Positions 1 through 10,355 of a stretch of DNA of 64,000 bases are shown here, one piece after another. Every line of letters starts with the position of its first letter. Positions within the stretch are counted from its first letter, which is position 1. The notes beneath the pieces were generated by a model. It was not told the DNA's origin. It saw only the letters and a program-made list of their open reading frames with translations, and did no database searches. Position numbers and translations under genes: made by a program. This DNA is from Peribolospora baueri (Eukaryota), in assembly GCA_029717555.1 (NCBI GenBank), contig JAMDHS010000039.1:1-64000 (forward strand), written 5' to 3'.

Positions 1-50
<50 letters not shown>
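1..50. repeat. Poly(A) homopolymer (poly-T on the coding strand, in an intron of the minus-strand gene); truncated by the window edge
   Basis: 50 consecutive A's at the start of the window. Confidence 0.95.
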
Positions 51-52
<2 letters not shown>

Positions 53-99
53 TGGACGGAAAAGGAGGACGTGGCAGGTAGTGAGATATGAGGACCCAC

Positions 100-625
100 C
101 CTGTCCGACAAAGTCCAGAACGATGCTCTTCCTGCCGACGGGGTCGAGCATGTAACCCCAAACGGTCATGAGATGGACAAATAGAAGGAAGAAGACGAAG
201 AAGCGAAGAGACCGGTTGGGATGGATGTGCGCCGAGTTGGAAAATTGGACTTGGCTTATGCATTTGAAGACGAGGGAGACGGTGTGGCCGTCCAGGAAGA
301 ACACATACTGAAGACGAGGGAGGGCGGGAGAAAGGGAGGAGGACCGACGACCGCCCAGGCTGTAAGCTCGCGTGCGTGCATGAAAAGAGCGCGTGGCGGC
401 GTGGAAGCGCTCCCAGCCGTGGGTAGCCAGAAGGTTGCGAGATAAAAAGACCAAACACTCACGACAAACACGCTGTATATGAGGAGATCCAGCTGAGGGG
501 ATCGATCGGGTCGATTCGAGTTGAAGCATCACCTCAATCTCCGCTTTCTTTGGCGCCGCACGACGGGGGCGCCGGGGAGCACTCACCTGCTTCACCACCT
601 CTTTCCGCTCCTTATAGGGAGGCAT
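100..625 (-). CDS. 5' part of a DUF1746-family (Dsc4/Vld1/Gld1-like) membrane protein; continues beyond the window start
   Basis: Manually spliced exons with GTGAGT donors read MPPYKERKEVVKQ|LDLLIYSVFV|YVFFLDGHTVSLVFKCISQVQFSNSAHIHPNRSLRFFVFFLLFVHLMTVWGYMLDPVGRKSIVLDFVGQ. The LD.LIY start and the LDFVGQ motif after a hydrophobic segment are typical of fungal DUF1746. Absent from the ORF track because of introns. Confidence 0.75.
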
Positions 626-792
626 GCCGCGTTGTCGTTGTCACTGACAACGCATTGAGTAGTGCGACATGCGTTCCCCAGAGGGCGACGGAGGACTGGC
701 GGACGGAGGATGACTTTGACGACGGTGATGATGGTCCGACGACTCCTTCCCCCCCATCGAGCCCATCTTGGCTGGCCTATTAGGACCTGTTG

Positions 793-832
793 CACGTGAC
801 ACGCATCCAATTGTCCACGTGAATTCCACGTG
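793..832. promoter_or_regulatory. Three CACGTG E-boxes plus CCAAT in the DUF1746/Scm3 bidirectional promoter
   Basis: CACGTG at 793-798 (GTCACGTG on the minus strand), 816-821 and 827-832, between divergent ATGs at 625 and 1018. Confidence 0.5.
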
Positions 833-1017
833 GCTCTACGACGCGCCCATTTTCGCGGCGTTCCCAGCGGCGCGTCACTTTGGCTCCCTCGTCGATGACT
901 ACTCCACTCCTCCCCTCGCTGGCCAGCTTTTTTATGCTCTTCACCCTCACCATCATCCCTTTCACTCACTGCCGTCTTTGCCTCTCTTCCGCTTCAAACG
1001 GCTTGGCCGCGCTCGCC

Positions 1018-2157
1018 ATGCAGACTCCAACAAAACCCGCCTTCAGCCTTGTGTCCCGCTCCAAACCCGCCAGCTCTTCCAGCTCCTCCCCTCCTTCCTC
1101 CTCTTCCTCCTCCCGCCATCCTCCCTCTTCCTTCTCCTCTGCCTCTTCCTCCTCCACTCGAAGATGGGCCCCGTATCCCCTCACTCCGCCTTCCTCTGCC
1201 GACCGAAAGGGCAAGTCCCGCGCCTTCGATCCTCCTCGCGTCGCCGATCCAGAGGAGGAAGACGTCTGGCGCCAGCGGTACGCTTCCGCTCTCCGCCTCA
1301 AGCTCACGTGGGAGGACATATGCACTCGCTTCTCCCATCCCAGCCTCAAGGACGACGATGAGATCTACCTTGGAAGACCGGACGTACCTGGGGACGACAT
1401 TCGGATCGTGAGGGATCGAGGCGCGCTCAGAAGGCTCGCCGCGCCGAGGGAGTTCGGAGGGTTCGCCGATCGAGGCCGGGGCCTAGACGGCGAGGAAGGA
1501 CCGGAGACATCTGCGAGGCTCGACACTCCAACGGATCAACGCCCCCCGACGCCGGATCCGGACGGCGACGAGATAGGCGGCTGGGGTCAAGGCGACGATT
1601 TTCTTGAACCTCAATTCGAGCGCCTCCTTCAGATCGAGCAAAGACGAGGAGGGAGGGATAAAATGCTCCGTCCGACACCGATGGATTCCGAGGATGAGGA
1701 GGATCTCAGGCGCTTCCTTGCGGACGAGGCGGAGAGGAAGAAGACGATGGGAGATGTGGACGAGGAGGAGGAGGAGGACATTGTGGATTTTGCCGAGGAC
1801 CTCAGTTTCACTCGGCGAGGTCGGCGACAGAAAACTGACCCTCCACTAATGGACGACTACGGCGGCGGCGACGACGACGACGACGATACCTTGGCATTCT
1901 TCGCAGACATTGATGCGGAGGGCGAGGAGGAGGAGGAGGACGAAGACGACGACGGCGACGGCGACAATGAGAAAGGACGAGGACAAGAGGAGGAGGACGA
2001 TTTTTTCTCTCGCAGTTCCGCACGGGACGAAGGGACGTTCTCCATCAAGGCTCGTCGCGAACGGGCTCTCGAGGAACGGAAACGACGCATAGACGATACT
2101 CTCTCCGCAGCACCGCCGCCGTTCATGCTTGCCGAGGGCTTCACATGGACGCGATAG
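1018..2157 (+). CDS. SCM3: Scm3/HJURP-like centromeric histone (CENP-A) chaperone
   Basis: SALRLKLTWEDICTRFSHPSLKDDDEIYL matches the Scm3 domain pattern (RLK..WE.I..KY.....DEIDL). Ser-rich N-terminus and acidic C-terminus. First ATG at 1018 (GCCATG). Confidence 0.75.
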   Translation: MQTPTKPAFSLVSRSKPASSSSSSPPSSSSSSRHPPSSFSSASSSSTRRWAPYPLTPPSSADRKGKSRAFDPPRVADPEEEDVWRQRYASALRLKLTWEDICTRFSHPSLKDDDEIYLGRPDVPGDDIRIVRDRGALRRLAAPREFGGFADRGRGLDGEEGPETSARLDTPTDQRPPTPDPDGDEIGGWGQGDDFLEPQFERLLQIEQRRGGRDKMLRPTPMDSEDEEDLRRFLADEAERKKTMGDVDEEEEEDIVDFAEDLSFTRRGRRQKTDPPLMDDYGGGDDDDDDTLAFFADIDAEGEEEEEDEDDDGDGDNEKGRGQEEEDDFFSRSSARDEGTFSIKARRERALEERKRRIDDTLSAAPPPFMLAEGFTWTR

Positions 2158-2236
2158 CACCAAAGAATTCCGCCCCGATTAGGCTTGACGGGAAGGGGAG
2201 GCGGACGACCGTCCGACTTGTACTGCTATTGTACAT

Positions 2237-2931
2237 CTGCGACCGCGCTGGCCGGCCCGAATGATAGCATGCATGCATCATTCATCGGACCTTTTGGGCT
2301 CCATCCATCGCGGCGCCTTTCGATGCCGCCGCCTGCGACGACCGGCACACCTGCTTGCCGCACGTTGGAAGTTTGGTCCGAATAACCGCTGCTGGTCCGG
2401 TCTCACGCGCTTCTGTTCTTGACTGAAGTTCGATCTAATCGAGTCGGCAGCTGCTGCTCGAGCGACGGGAGTGGAGGTGTCGCCCGATTGCGCGCGTTAA
2501 AGAACGCGATGGGCATTAAGAACTCTACCGGCTAGTAATGCGGAGAGCCTAGGTCTCGGCAGAATTCCCCTTCCCGACCGTTACTTCCACCGCATCTCTC
2601 TCCCTCGACTGGATCGTCAAACCTCCCCCTTCCCGTGACCAAGTTCAGCCGCGTCACCTACGATTCCATTCTTGCGCTGCTAATGCCATATCCAAGGCCG
2701 TCCTCCTCATTCCCGGTCGTGACGATTGGTCTGCCGAGACCTAGGCTCTTTGCATCCTTGGCTGGGAGAGTTCTTAAAACCCATCATGAGTCCGACGAAG
2801 GGGGTAGCCTTGGCAACCGACGGGGGGAGGAGGCGGTAGAGACGAGGGCGCACGGTGGTGGCCCAGCATTCATCGAGGCGGTGGTGGGAATGTGCATGCG
2901 CTCGTTGGCCAGAATTCTATGAGCGGTGCAG
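2237..2931 (+). ncRNA. Candidate large structured RNA or 3'UTR element containing a 56-bp hairpin (2508-2563 pairs with 2730-2785)
   Basis: Gap-free 56-bp stem (46 Watson-Crick pairs, 5 G-U, 5 mismatches) nested inside several further colinear helices; no convincing ORF. Confidence 0.6.
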
Positions 2932-3713
2932 GAACAAGAACGGCAGGCTATGGGACACCGCCAACCGCAGCCGCTAACAGAAGAGGTGGGCGAGGGAAGC
3001 ATATACTCTGCTACTACGTTATAGAGGGTGCGAGAATGAAGACAACGACAAGTGTCTTACAGAACGAGGATGGCAGACGGGTGCGCTCGCTTATGGGGGG
3101 TGGGGGTGACGCCGAGGCGCTACGCTACGTGTGGTTGTAGGGTGCGAAACAGAAACAGGAGCGAAAACACTGGAGGGTATCGGATGCCAGACGGCCAATC
3201 CGAAGAGAGTGGGAAACCGACGGAGAAAGCTCACGAGGTCCAAGGATCTGTGAGCAAGTGCTACAGGACAGCGAACGCGGGAGTGGTATCTATGGCTAGT
3301 CGGGCCGCAACAGAAAAGGGCGAGGGAGAGCGGGAGGATGCTAAGATGGTATTATGAAACGGAGCGAGATGACGACGGCTAAGACGAGAAGATGGCGACG
3401 ATAGGACGACGACGGGCGCTAGCGAGAGACGACGTCCAGAGACATGGATGGCCCTTCACCGTCGCAGTCCAAGACGACGCACACCGGAGGCTACAGCAAC
3501 GGCGCTGCGTGCACGACAAGGCAGTCCTCATCGTCACCATCCTTACATCCTTTTGAACATCCTACATGTACATGCGAGAACCATCGGTCTGCCCGGAAAC
3601 ACCACGGAACACGACGAGGGGCAATAACTGGGAGAGAGCGAAAGGGGGAACGAACGAATAAACGAGCGGGTATTTTTTTTTAAAAAGAAAAAAGGCTGGG
3701 CCGCCGCCACATT

Positions 3714-6700
3714 TCACAAGACGGACGACGACGTGGCAGCGGTGAGTTTGAGGGTTCCACCCTCGCGATCGCTCTTGCGCAGCAAGTCTTCAAACTTTTG
3801 CTCCTTGGCTCTCAGCTCGACCAGATCGGAGAGAGCGGTCGGAGGCGAGAGGTCCACCGCCACCGTCCTCTTGCCGTCACGCGGCTTGACGAGCACGGCA
3901 GGCCCGCCGCCTTTGGCCGTGGTGGTGGTGGTGAGCGACGAGTTAGAGCGAGGCGAGCGCAAGAACGTGGACGAGCTGCCCGTGCCGGAAAGGCCGAGTC
4001 CGGTGACGCAGGCCGAGTCGAGATCAGACGACGCCGTGGCACCCATCCGGACGGACTCGGTGCGATTGAAAAGGTTGAGCAGCTTGCTCTTCGAGTCCTT
4101 TTTCCTGACGCAAGCCGACTCGGCGCCAGCTTCGTTGGCGTCTGCGGGCAAAGGCGAGGCTGGCATGGCGATCGAGGCGAGGTCGAGCTGCCAGGCCGAA
4201 GACAGTTCGGGAGACTGAGAGGGCGTGCAGAGGCTCCTCGCCATGCGAGAATACCCAACAGGCTCTTGGTGGAGGGGATCGACGGGACCGGACAGACTTC
4301 GTGTGTGCCCCCCCCCGCCACGTCCGAACCATTCGACGTCGTTCCTGGGAAAATCCACCAATTCAGCTGACAGGCGTCGTTGATGAGCAGAGTCCAGCTT
4401 CGGCGTCGCAGGCAGTGAGACGGAAGGGGCACGATCCAAAGACAGCGATACCGAACGTGGCCTTGCGGTGACGGGAGGGTCAGCACTCGCCGAGTCCAAG
4501 TCCACGTGGGCGACGGAAGACCCATCGGGGGGCCCTGGTGCCACGTCGAACTCGTCTGCATCGTCTTCAGTCGTGATCGAAGGCATCGGAAGAGTGTCGC
4601 TGTCGCCCTGGCCTCCTCCTTCTCCTCCTTTATGGTCAGCACCTTCGACGACTTCAGCGTCACGCTGCTCGACCGCTAGAGTTTTCCGTCTCGGCCGAGG
4701 TGGCGCCGTCAACGGGGTGGGCGTGTAAGTGGCAAAGGGGGTCGTCTGCGAAGCGAGGGCCGCCGCCGTCGGCCAAGGCGTGTTGCCTTCAAAAGACGTC
4801 TTGTCCTTCTGCGCCCTTCCTTGCACCGGCGACGTGCTCGCCGCGTCGACGGCCGGGAACGCGCCGCCGCCGCCGCCGATCGAAGATGCCGTCGTCGAGG
4901 AACCGTCGAGATCCGTGCTCTCGCGCGGCTCGACCGAGGCACCGCGCGTACGAGGGCGTGAAAAAACGCCAGGAGAGAGCGTGTCGACCGCCGCTTCGGG
5001 CGCCGTCAAAGTGGAGCGCGTGTCGGCGGCGGTCGCCCACCCGTCCGACGGCTCCGCAGACCCACCTCGGACGGACCTAGTGCTCGTTTTGTCGTAGTCA
5101 CCGCCGAAGCATTCCCTCGTTAATTCGGGCGAATCGACCACGGCGTCGCCCTCCATGGTCCGGCTGGAGGCTGAGCTTGAGCCATCGGCGGCGGCCCGCG
5201 GGAGCTTGGGGGTGCCGGAACGCGGGAGACTGTACGCCCTCGAAAGTACTGGGACTGGCGACGGTGTGATAGAGTCCCCGTTTGGGCTGCGGCCCAAGCC
5301 AGATGCTTCCGGCTCGCGTCCTCCGTGCGTGGGGGTAAGTCCGTCTCTCGAGAACGACGACGATGTGCTGCCGGACCGGTCAGGCTGGTGTTGCACCGGC
5401 CAAGGAGTTCCTCCTCCTCCTCCGACACTGGACGACCTCCGGCCGTACGCGTCCCGCTCGCCTTCCGCGGTGCGCGAGTCGGGGACGAAAGGAGCTCCAC
5501 GGGGTTTCGGCGAGGCTACCGTATCAAAGGCCTCCTCGGACCGTCTTTGCCGGGCGAGACGACGCTCGCCACCGCCAGCGCCGCCGCTGCCAAAGGATAG
5601 GAACCGACTGAACTTGGACACGGTGGGCGTCTTGACGGGCCTCTCGTAGATGGTATCGTTTTGTTCGTCGTACTGCTGATACGAGCCGACCCGCCCGTGC
5701 TGGCGTTGGTGCTTCTCCTCGCGATCCTTCCTGCCATTCGCACCCGTCTCCATAGAGAAGAAGGGGATTGGACGATGGCGCGGCTGAGGCGGCGGCGATT
5801 GGGGCGTCTTGTGCGTCTTCGATCCGAAGAGACTGTACTGCCTCTGCAAGCCGCGCTGATGCTGATTTTGGTCCTCCCCCTGCTGCCTCTCGTCCGTTCT
5901 CTGCGCCTGCGTGTCGAGGGTCGTCAAACTCGAACTCGACGAGGACGAAGCGGTTGCATCGCCGGTCTTTGTCATCGTCAACGCCAACCGGGGCGTTGTG
6001 ATGCTCGGCAGGGCGACGTCGCCGCTCCTCCTCTGCACCGACGACAACGGCGAAAAAGCGCCAGCGCGTTCGCGCGCCAGGGCAGAGTCGAGGGAGGCCT
6101 TGTTCGCCGTCGCTGTCGACGTCGGCATCGGCATCGAAGAGAGCTCGCGTGTCTCGAAACGTCCGTCTTCTCCCGATCCAGTGCGCCGCGGTGTCTCGTC
6201 CATGCCGTTCCGGGGCCGTTCCGAGGCCGACGCGGGGACGCCCTCGTCGACGCTCTTGGCCCTCGCCCCGGCCCCGGCTCCGATCCCTGACACGCCCTCG
6301 GCGGGCGACTCGGAATTCAGAGGACGCACTCGGGCTTGACTCGGCGATGTGTCTCCCTGTCCCAGTCCCAGTCCCGGCCCGGGTGGTACAAGGGCAAACG
6401 ACATGGAAACGGTATCGGCGTTAGAATCTTGACTCGTGCCAAAGCTGCGCAAATGGAATCGACCTTGCGAAGACGGAGACGGAGACGCCCGCTCTCCGCC
6501 GGTGGGGAAGGTCCGATAGTGTTCGTCTCGCTCAGCTGCGGACGGAAGGCCGGGAGACGTGGCCGGTCGACGCAAGACGGGCTTTTTCCGGACCGAACCT
6601 CTCTTGCCACCGACGCTGACGGTTATAGTGGTGGTAGGGGTCGTCGTCGTCGTCGCTCGGGGGCTCCCATCTTCGGCGTCGAAGAAATTCGAAAACGGTG

Positions 6701-8561
6701 GTGGCGAGGCGCCACCGCCACTACCACGCGCGGGAAAGGGGGCCACGTTGGAGGGAGAAGAGGTTCGATAGGACGGCGGCGGGGCCGAAGTCGAAGTCGT
6801 CGAAACCGACCTCAGCCTGGCCGTCGACGCGTGAAACTGTGACGACGGCGATGGAGCGGCGTGCGACTGTGACGAGGGCGATGGAGCAGCATGAGCCAGC
6901 GTGGGTTCGTCCTCAGGTATAACGACACCGGTGGGCTGCTTGCTCAGCGCACGGTCCTTCCCGAACTGCTTCATGCGGCCGCTGGCCTTTCTCGTGAGCG
7001 AGTGGAGCATCTTTGCCGCCCCCGACGACGAGGGCGGCGGTCTGGTGGAGGAGGAGGAGGCGCCGGCACCGGCGGCGGAGGAGGAGGAGGTGCGGACGGA
7101 GGCCGTCGAGTCCGGGAGCGTCCCGGCCGAGTCGGCGCTGCGCTGTTGCGCCAGCGAGGGCAGGGCCGGCTTGCGATCGTGGAAGGTGGCGGCGACCGTG
7201 GCGCTGCGGGAGGAGCTGGCGGAGAGGGGGACGTTCGAAAAGTCAATGTCACCGTCGTCGTACGGCGGAACAGGGGAGACGGAGCGCGGGGAACGCCCAT
7301 GCTGGAGCGAAGTGGGCGACGCGGGGGGCGAGCAGGGCGACGTTCGGGGGCGTTCGTCACGGCGGCGGCCTCCGGCCGTGGCTGTGACCCATTTACGTCC
7401 GTCTGGCGGCCGACTCGAGGTGCCCGCGGTTGTCGATGGAACGGGCGGACTATTGGGCAAAGCGCGTCCGTTGGGAAGCAAGGCTGCCCGGACGAGGGAA
7501 GGGTCACTGTGAGCGAGCGTGGCGACGGGAAGGGGCGGCCCTCGCTGTTTGGGGACCGCGCTCGAAGACGACGAAGACGAAAAAGCGGAAAGATCCCCGT
7601 GAGCGATGGCCGCGTGGCTCGAGATGTGAAGGAAGCGGCTGCTCGGCGACGTCGGGTTGGTCGTGTTTTCCAAGCCCCGCGACGAGGGCGAAGGCGAGGG
7701 CGAACGTAGTCGTGAGCGGTGGAAGACGTCGTCGGCCGTCGTCGGCCGACGGAGGTTCTTGTGCCGCCGAGGCGGGGGTGGGGCGAGCACGGGCGGGCTC
7801 GAGTGCGAGGGCCGGGCGACGACGTGGACAGCCTGGGATGAGCCGTTGTCATGGACGGCGACGGCGGCTTCGTGATGATCGCGCGCGCGTGCGACGTCGT
7901 CCCGCGAGCGGCGACGGGCGAAGGGAAAGTGAAAGGCGCGTTCTTTGATAGCGTTGGCCTCGGCCAGTACGGCGAGGGCATCTCCGGACAAGCCAACACC
8001 GACGTAGGGGCGCGTGGGCGGAGGAGATACGGGCTTGACAGAGGAAAATGGGTCACCAACGGGCGAGGGCCAGCCGCCGCCGGAGGCGGAGGAGGGAGGA
8101 GAAAGGAGTGCGTTGCGGGTGAAGGATGAGAGGGAAGAGGAGGTGGAAGGCAAAGAAGATGTGGGATCGGCGGAGTAGCCGGTGCCGGACGACCAGGAAG
8201 AGGAAGAGTGGAGGAAGGACGACGCCGAGCGCGGCACGGGCGTCCCGCTCTCGTCTCTCTGATGGTGGACCTGCTGCTGCTGTCTTTGGTGAGCGGGTAA
8301 CGCGCGTCGAGCGAAGATGGCCGATGGGGCGGGAGGGGGCGATGACGGCTCTCCCTCATTACTGGACGGGAAGAGGGCGGTATGGCTTTTGCCATCGGCG
8401 CCTCCGCCGGCGGCGCCTTGTCCGATCGATTCGGAAGCGGAGCGAAGGCGACCGTGGCGAGGGCCGGAAGGGATGGTGCGCGTGGCGGTGGAAGTGTCGA
8501 GAGACGAGGCGGAGGGCAAAGGCGAGGTGTCTCTGCGGGAAAGGGTGGTCGGTCTGATCAT
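3714..8561 (-). CDS. Large Ser/Pro/Ala-rich, probably intrinsically disordered hypothetical protein (1615 aa)
   Basis: Uninterrupted 4.85-kb ATG-initiated ORF of low complexity with many RxxS/SP motifs; no recognisable domain. Confidence 0.8.
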   Translation of the reverse strand: MIRPTTLSRRDTSPLPSASSLDTSTATRTIPSGPRHGRLRSASESIGQGAAGGGADGKSHTALFPSSNEGEPSSPPPAPSAIFARRALPAHQRQQQQVHHQRDESGTPVPRSASSFLHSSSSWSSGTGYSADPTSSLPSTSSSLSSFTRNALLSPPSSASGGGWPSPVGDPFSSVKPVSPPPTRPYVGVGLSGDALAVLAEANAIKERAFHFPFARRRSRDDVARARDHHEAAVAVHDNGSSQAVHVVARPSHSSPPVLAPPPPRRHKNLRRPTTADDVFHRSRLRSPSPSPSSRGLENTTNPTSPSSRFLHISSHAAIAHGDLSAFSSSSSSSAVPKQRGPPLPVATLAHSDPSLVRAALLPNGRALPNSPPVPSTTAGTSSRPPDGRKWVTATAGGRRRDERPRTSPCSPPASPTSLQHGRSPRSVSPVPPYDDGDIDFSNVPLSASSSRSATVAATFHDRKPALPSLAQQRSADSAGTLPDSTASVRTSSSSAAGAGASSSSTRPPPSSSGAAKMLHSLTRKASGRMKQFGKDRALSKQPTGVVIPEDEPTLAHAAPSPSSQSHAAPSPSSQFHASTARLRSVSTTSTSAPPPSYRTSSPSNVAPFPARGSGGGASPPPFSNFFDAEDGSPRATTTTTPTTTITVSVGGKRGSVRKKPVLRRPATSPGLPSAAERDEHYRTFPTGGERASPSPSSQGRFHLRSFGTSQDSNADTVSMSFALVPPGPGLGLGQGDTSPSQARVRPLNSESPAEGVSGIGAGAGARAKSVDEGVPASASERPRNGMDETPRRTGSGEDGRFETRELSSMPMPTSTATANKASLDSALARERAGAFSPLSSVQRRSGDVALPSITTPRLALTMTKTGDATASSSSSSSLTTLDTQAQRTDERQQGEDQNQHQRGLQRQYSLFGSKTHKTPQSPPPQPRHRPIPFFSMETGANGRKDREEKHQRQHGRVGSYQQYDEQNDTIYERPVKTPTVSKFSRFLSFGSGGAGGGERRLARQRRSEEAFDTVASPKPRGAPFVPDSRTAEGERDAYGRRSSSVGGGGGTPWPVQHQPDRSGSTSSSFSRDGLTPTHGGREPEASGLGRSPNGDSITPSPVPVLSRAYSLPRSGTPKLPRAAADGSSSASSRTMEGDAVVDSPELTRECFGGDYDKTSTRSVRGGSAEPSDGWATAADTRSTLTAPEAAVDTLSPGVFSRPRTRGASVEPRESTDLDGSSTTASSIGGGGGAFPAVDAASTSPVQGRAQKDKTSFEGNTPWPTAAALASQTTPFATYTPTPLTAPPRPRRKTLAVEQRDAEVVEGADHKGGEGGGQGDSDTLPMPSITTEDDADEFDVAPGPPDGSSVAHVDLDSASADPPVTARPRSVSLSLDRAPSVSLPATPKLDSAHQRRLSAELVDFPRNDVEWFGRGGGGHTRSLSGPVDPLHQEPVGYSRMARSLCTPSQSPELSSAWQLDLASIAMPASPLPADANEAGAESACVRKKDSKSKLLNLFNRTESVRMGATASSDLDSACVTGLGLSGTGSSSTFLRSPRSNSSLTTTTTAKGGGPAVLVKPRDGKRTVAVDLSPPTALSDLVELRAKEQKFEDLLRKSDREGGTLKLTAATSSSVL

Positions 8562-9482
8562 CTCGATCGCCGCCCGGCCGTGCGCTCAGCTCGTGGAGCA
8601 AGAGGAGCGCCGGCCCTAGAAGAGCGCCCGTCCGACTGTCGGACCCCGCTGGAGGGACAGACGAAGCCGAGCTAAGCCGACACACAGGAGGGCAGCGAAT
8701 GTCCGAGACCGCCCGCGATCTGGAAACTAAAGGGGAAGGGGGAGATAGGAAGGAGGCAGAGAGGATGGGAAAGAGAATACGACACGAAGACGAAGCTTGA
8801 GCTTCTCGGCCGACCCTTCGAGCCTTGGCCGTCGGCGGAGCACTCGGAACATGTGCCCGCCTCGCTACATCCACTCACCGATAAAGAAGCCGGCAAGGTA
8901 TAGCGATCCGGCAGAGCGTTGAAACGAGACTGAGTGCTGCTCGGTGTGGTGTCAGTGGTCAGACAAGAGTATCGTCTGGGGAAGGAAAAGGGGCCGAAAG
9001 GACGGGCGGTGCGGTGCGTGCACGCCCTTTAAGTGGAGCGCGAGCGGAGCGGCCACCGTCGGCGACTTTACGCGTGCGCTCAGTTGAGGCAAGTCGAGAA
9101 TCCGCGTGGGACCGAGGCGAAAGGCAAGCCTGGAGCCACCATGTATCTAGCCAGACGGGCCCGCGTTGGTGGATGAGGTCGTCAGACAGCGGACAGACGC
9201 ACGGTTGCCCACCGTCCGTGCGGTCGGTGACCCTGGCAGGCACTGTCTGTGCTGTCTGTCTTGTCTGTAGCCGGCTCGCCGAAAAACGGAGGGAGGGATG
9301 AGTTGACGGACCGAAGAAATGAAGGTGGGAGGTGCCGACGCGGGCGGGTGGAGAGGAGGGCAGTTGAGGGGAAGGGGGGTGACGTGCGTGGCGCGGGGGT
9401 GGCTTGTGAGCGAGGGAGTGTCGGTGTGTGTGGGGAGGGCTGAGGAGGTGAGTGGTGGAGGTGGTCGCGAAGGCGCCGGCGA

Positions 9483-9517
<35 letters not shown>
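9483..9517. repeat. (TCG)n microsatellite
   Basis: About 11 tandem TCG units. Confidence 0.9.
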
Positions 9518-9518
<1 letters not shown>

Positions 9519-10311
9519 GGTCGGATGGTATAGTGAGAGGGTCAATCTGTCGCATCGACCTCGTCCCGCCTGTCCAGGTAGAGTCAGTAGCCAGCTAGGC
9601 TGGATGGAACTGCATGGGAGGCTCGGGCGTGTCACGACGGTCCCGCTCGCTTGGCTACGCGGGCGATATCGTACATACAGTATGTATATGCAAGCTTGTA
9701 AGCGCTTTGCCGTGATCGGTGGGCGGATAAAAGGACGGATGTATGGATGACGGGCGGATGGAAGTAGAGAGGATGGATGGATGTATGCGGCGGGCGCCGA
9801 CGCTGGCTACCACAAATTGCATGCGGGCCGGTCCGGTGGGTTTGTGCTTTGCTTTGCGGTGCGTCGGCTCGAGGGCTGGTTAGTGAAGGGGGCAGACGTT
9901 AGCTAAGCGACCAACGACGATGGAGCCGCCGGCCGCCCGACGGATGGACGGAGGAGGATGGTGGGATGGGATGGGATGGGATGCGAGATCAAGGTCAGTG
10001 AGCTCGATGAGCGCAGTGGCGCGTGAAGACGAGACGACACGACGACGACAACAAAAACCGACAACGACGTTCGTTGGCGATATCGTCCCGTCCCCGTCGC
10101 CGCCGTCGTCGCCGCCGCTAAGCCTGCCGCCGGTCCAAGCCCGCCTTAGCGATATAAATCGCCGGCGACGAACGGACGAAGGGACGAACGAAGGGACGGA
10201 ATGGAATGCAACTCGTCCCTCCTTCCTTCCTTTCTTCCATTGTCCCCTGGGCCCCGGCGTCGGCGTCGGCGGGCGAAGCGACGACGGCCTAATAGATAGG
10301 TATACAGGACA

Positions 10312-10355
10312 GGACAAGGACAAGGACAAGGGCAAGGGCAAGGACAAGGACAAGG
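10312..10355. repeat. (GGACAA/GGGCAA)n hexamer microsatellite
   Basis: About 7 tandem units of GG[AG]CAA. Confidence 0.85.

Noticed and set aside
1..50. Retroposon poly(A) tail
   Set aside because: Cut by the window edge, so no element body or target duplication is visible; an intronic poly-T tract or assembly artefact is equally likely.
2999..3063. H/ACA snoRNA (two small hairpins followed by ACA)
   Set aside because: No proper ANANNA hinge, and the hairpins are too short to hold pseudouridylation pockets.
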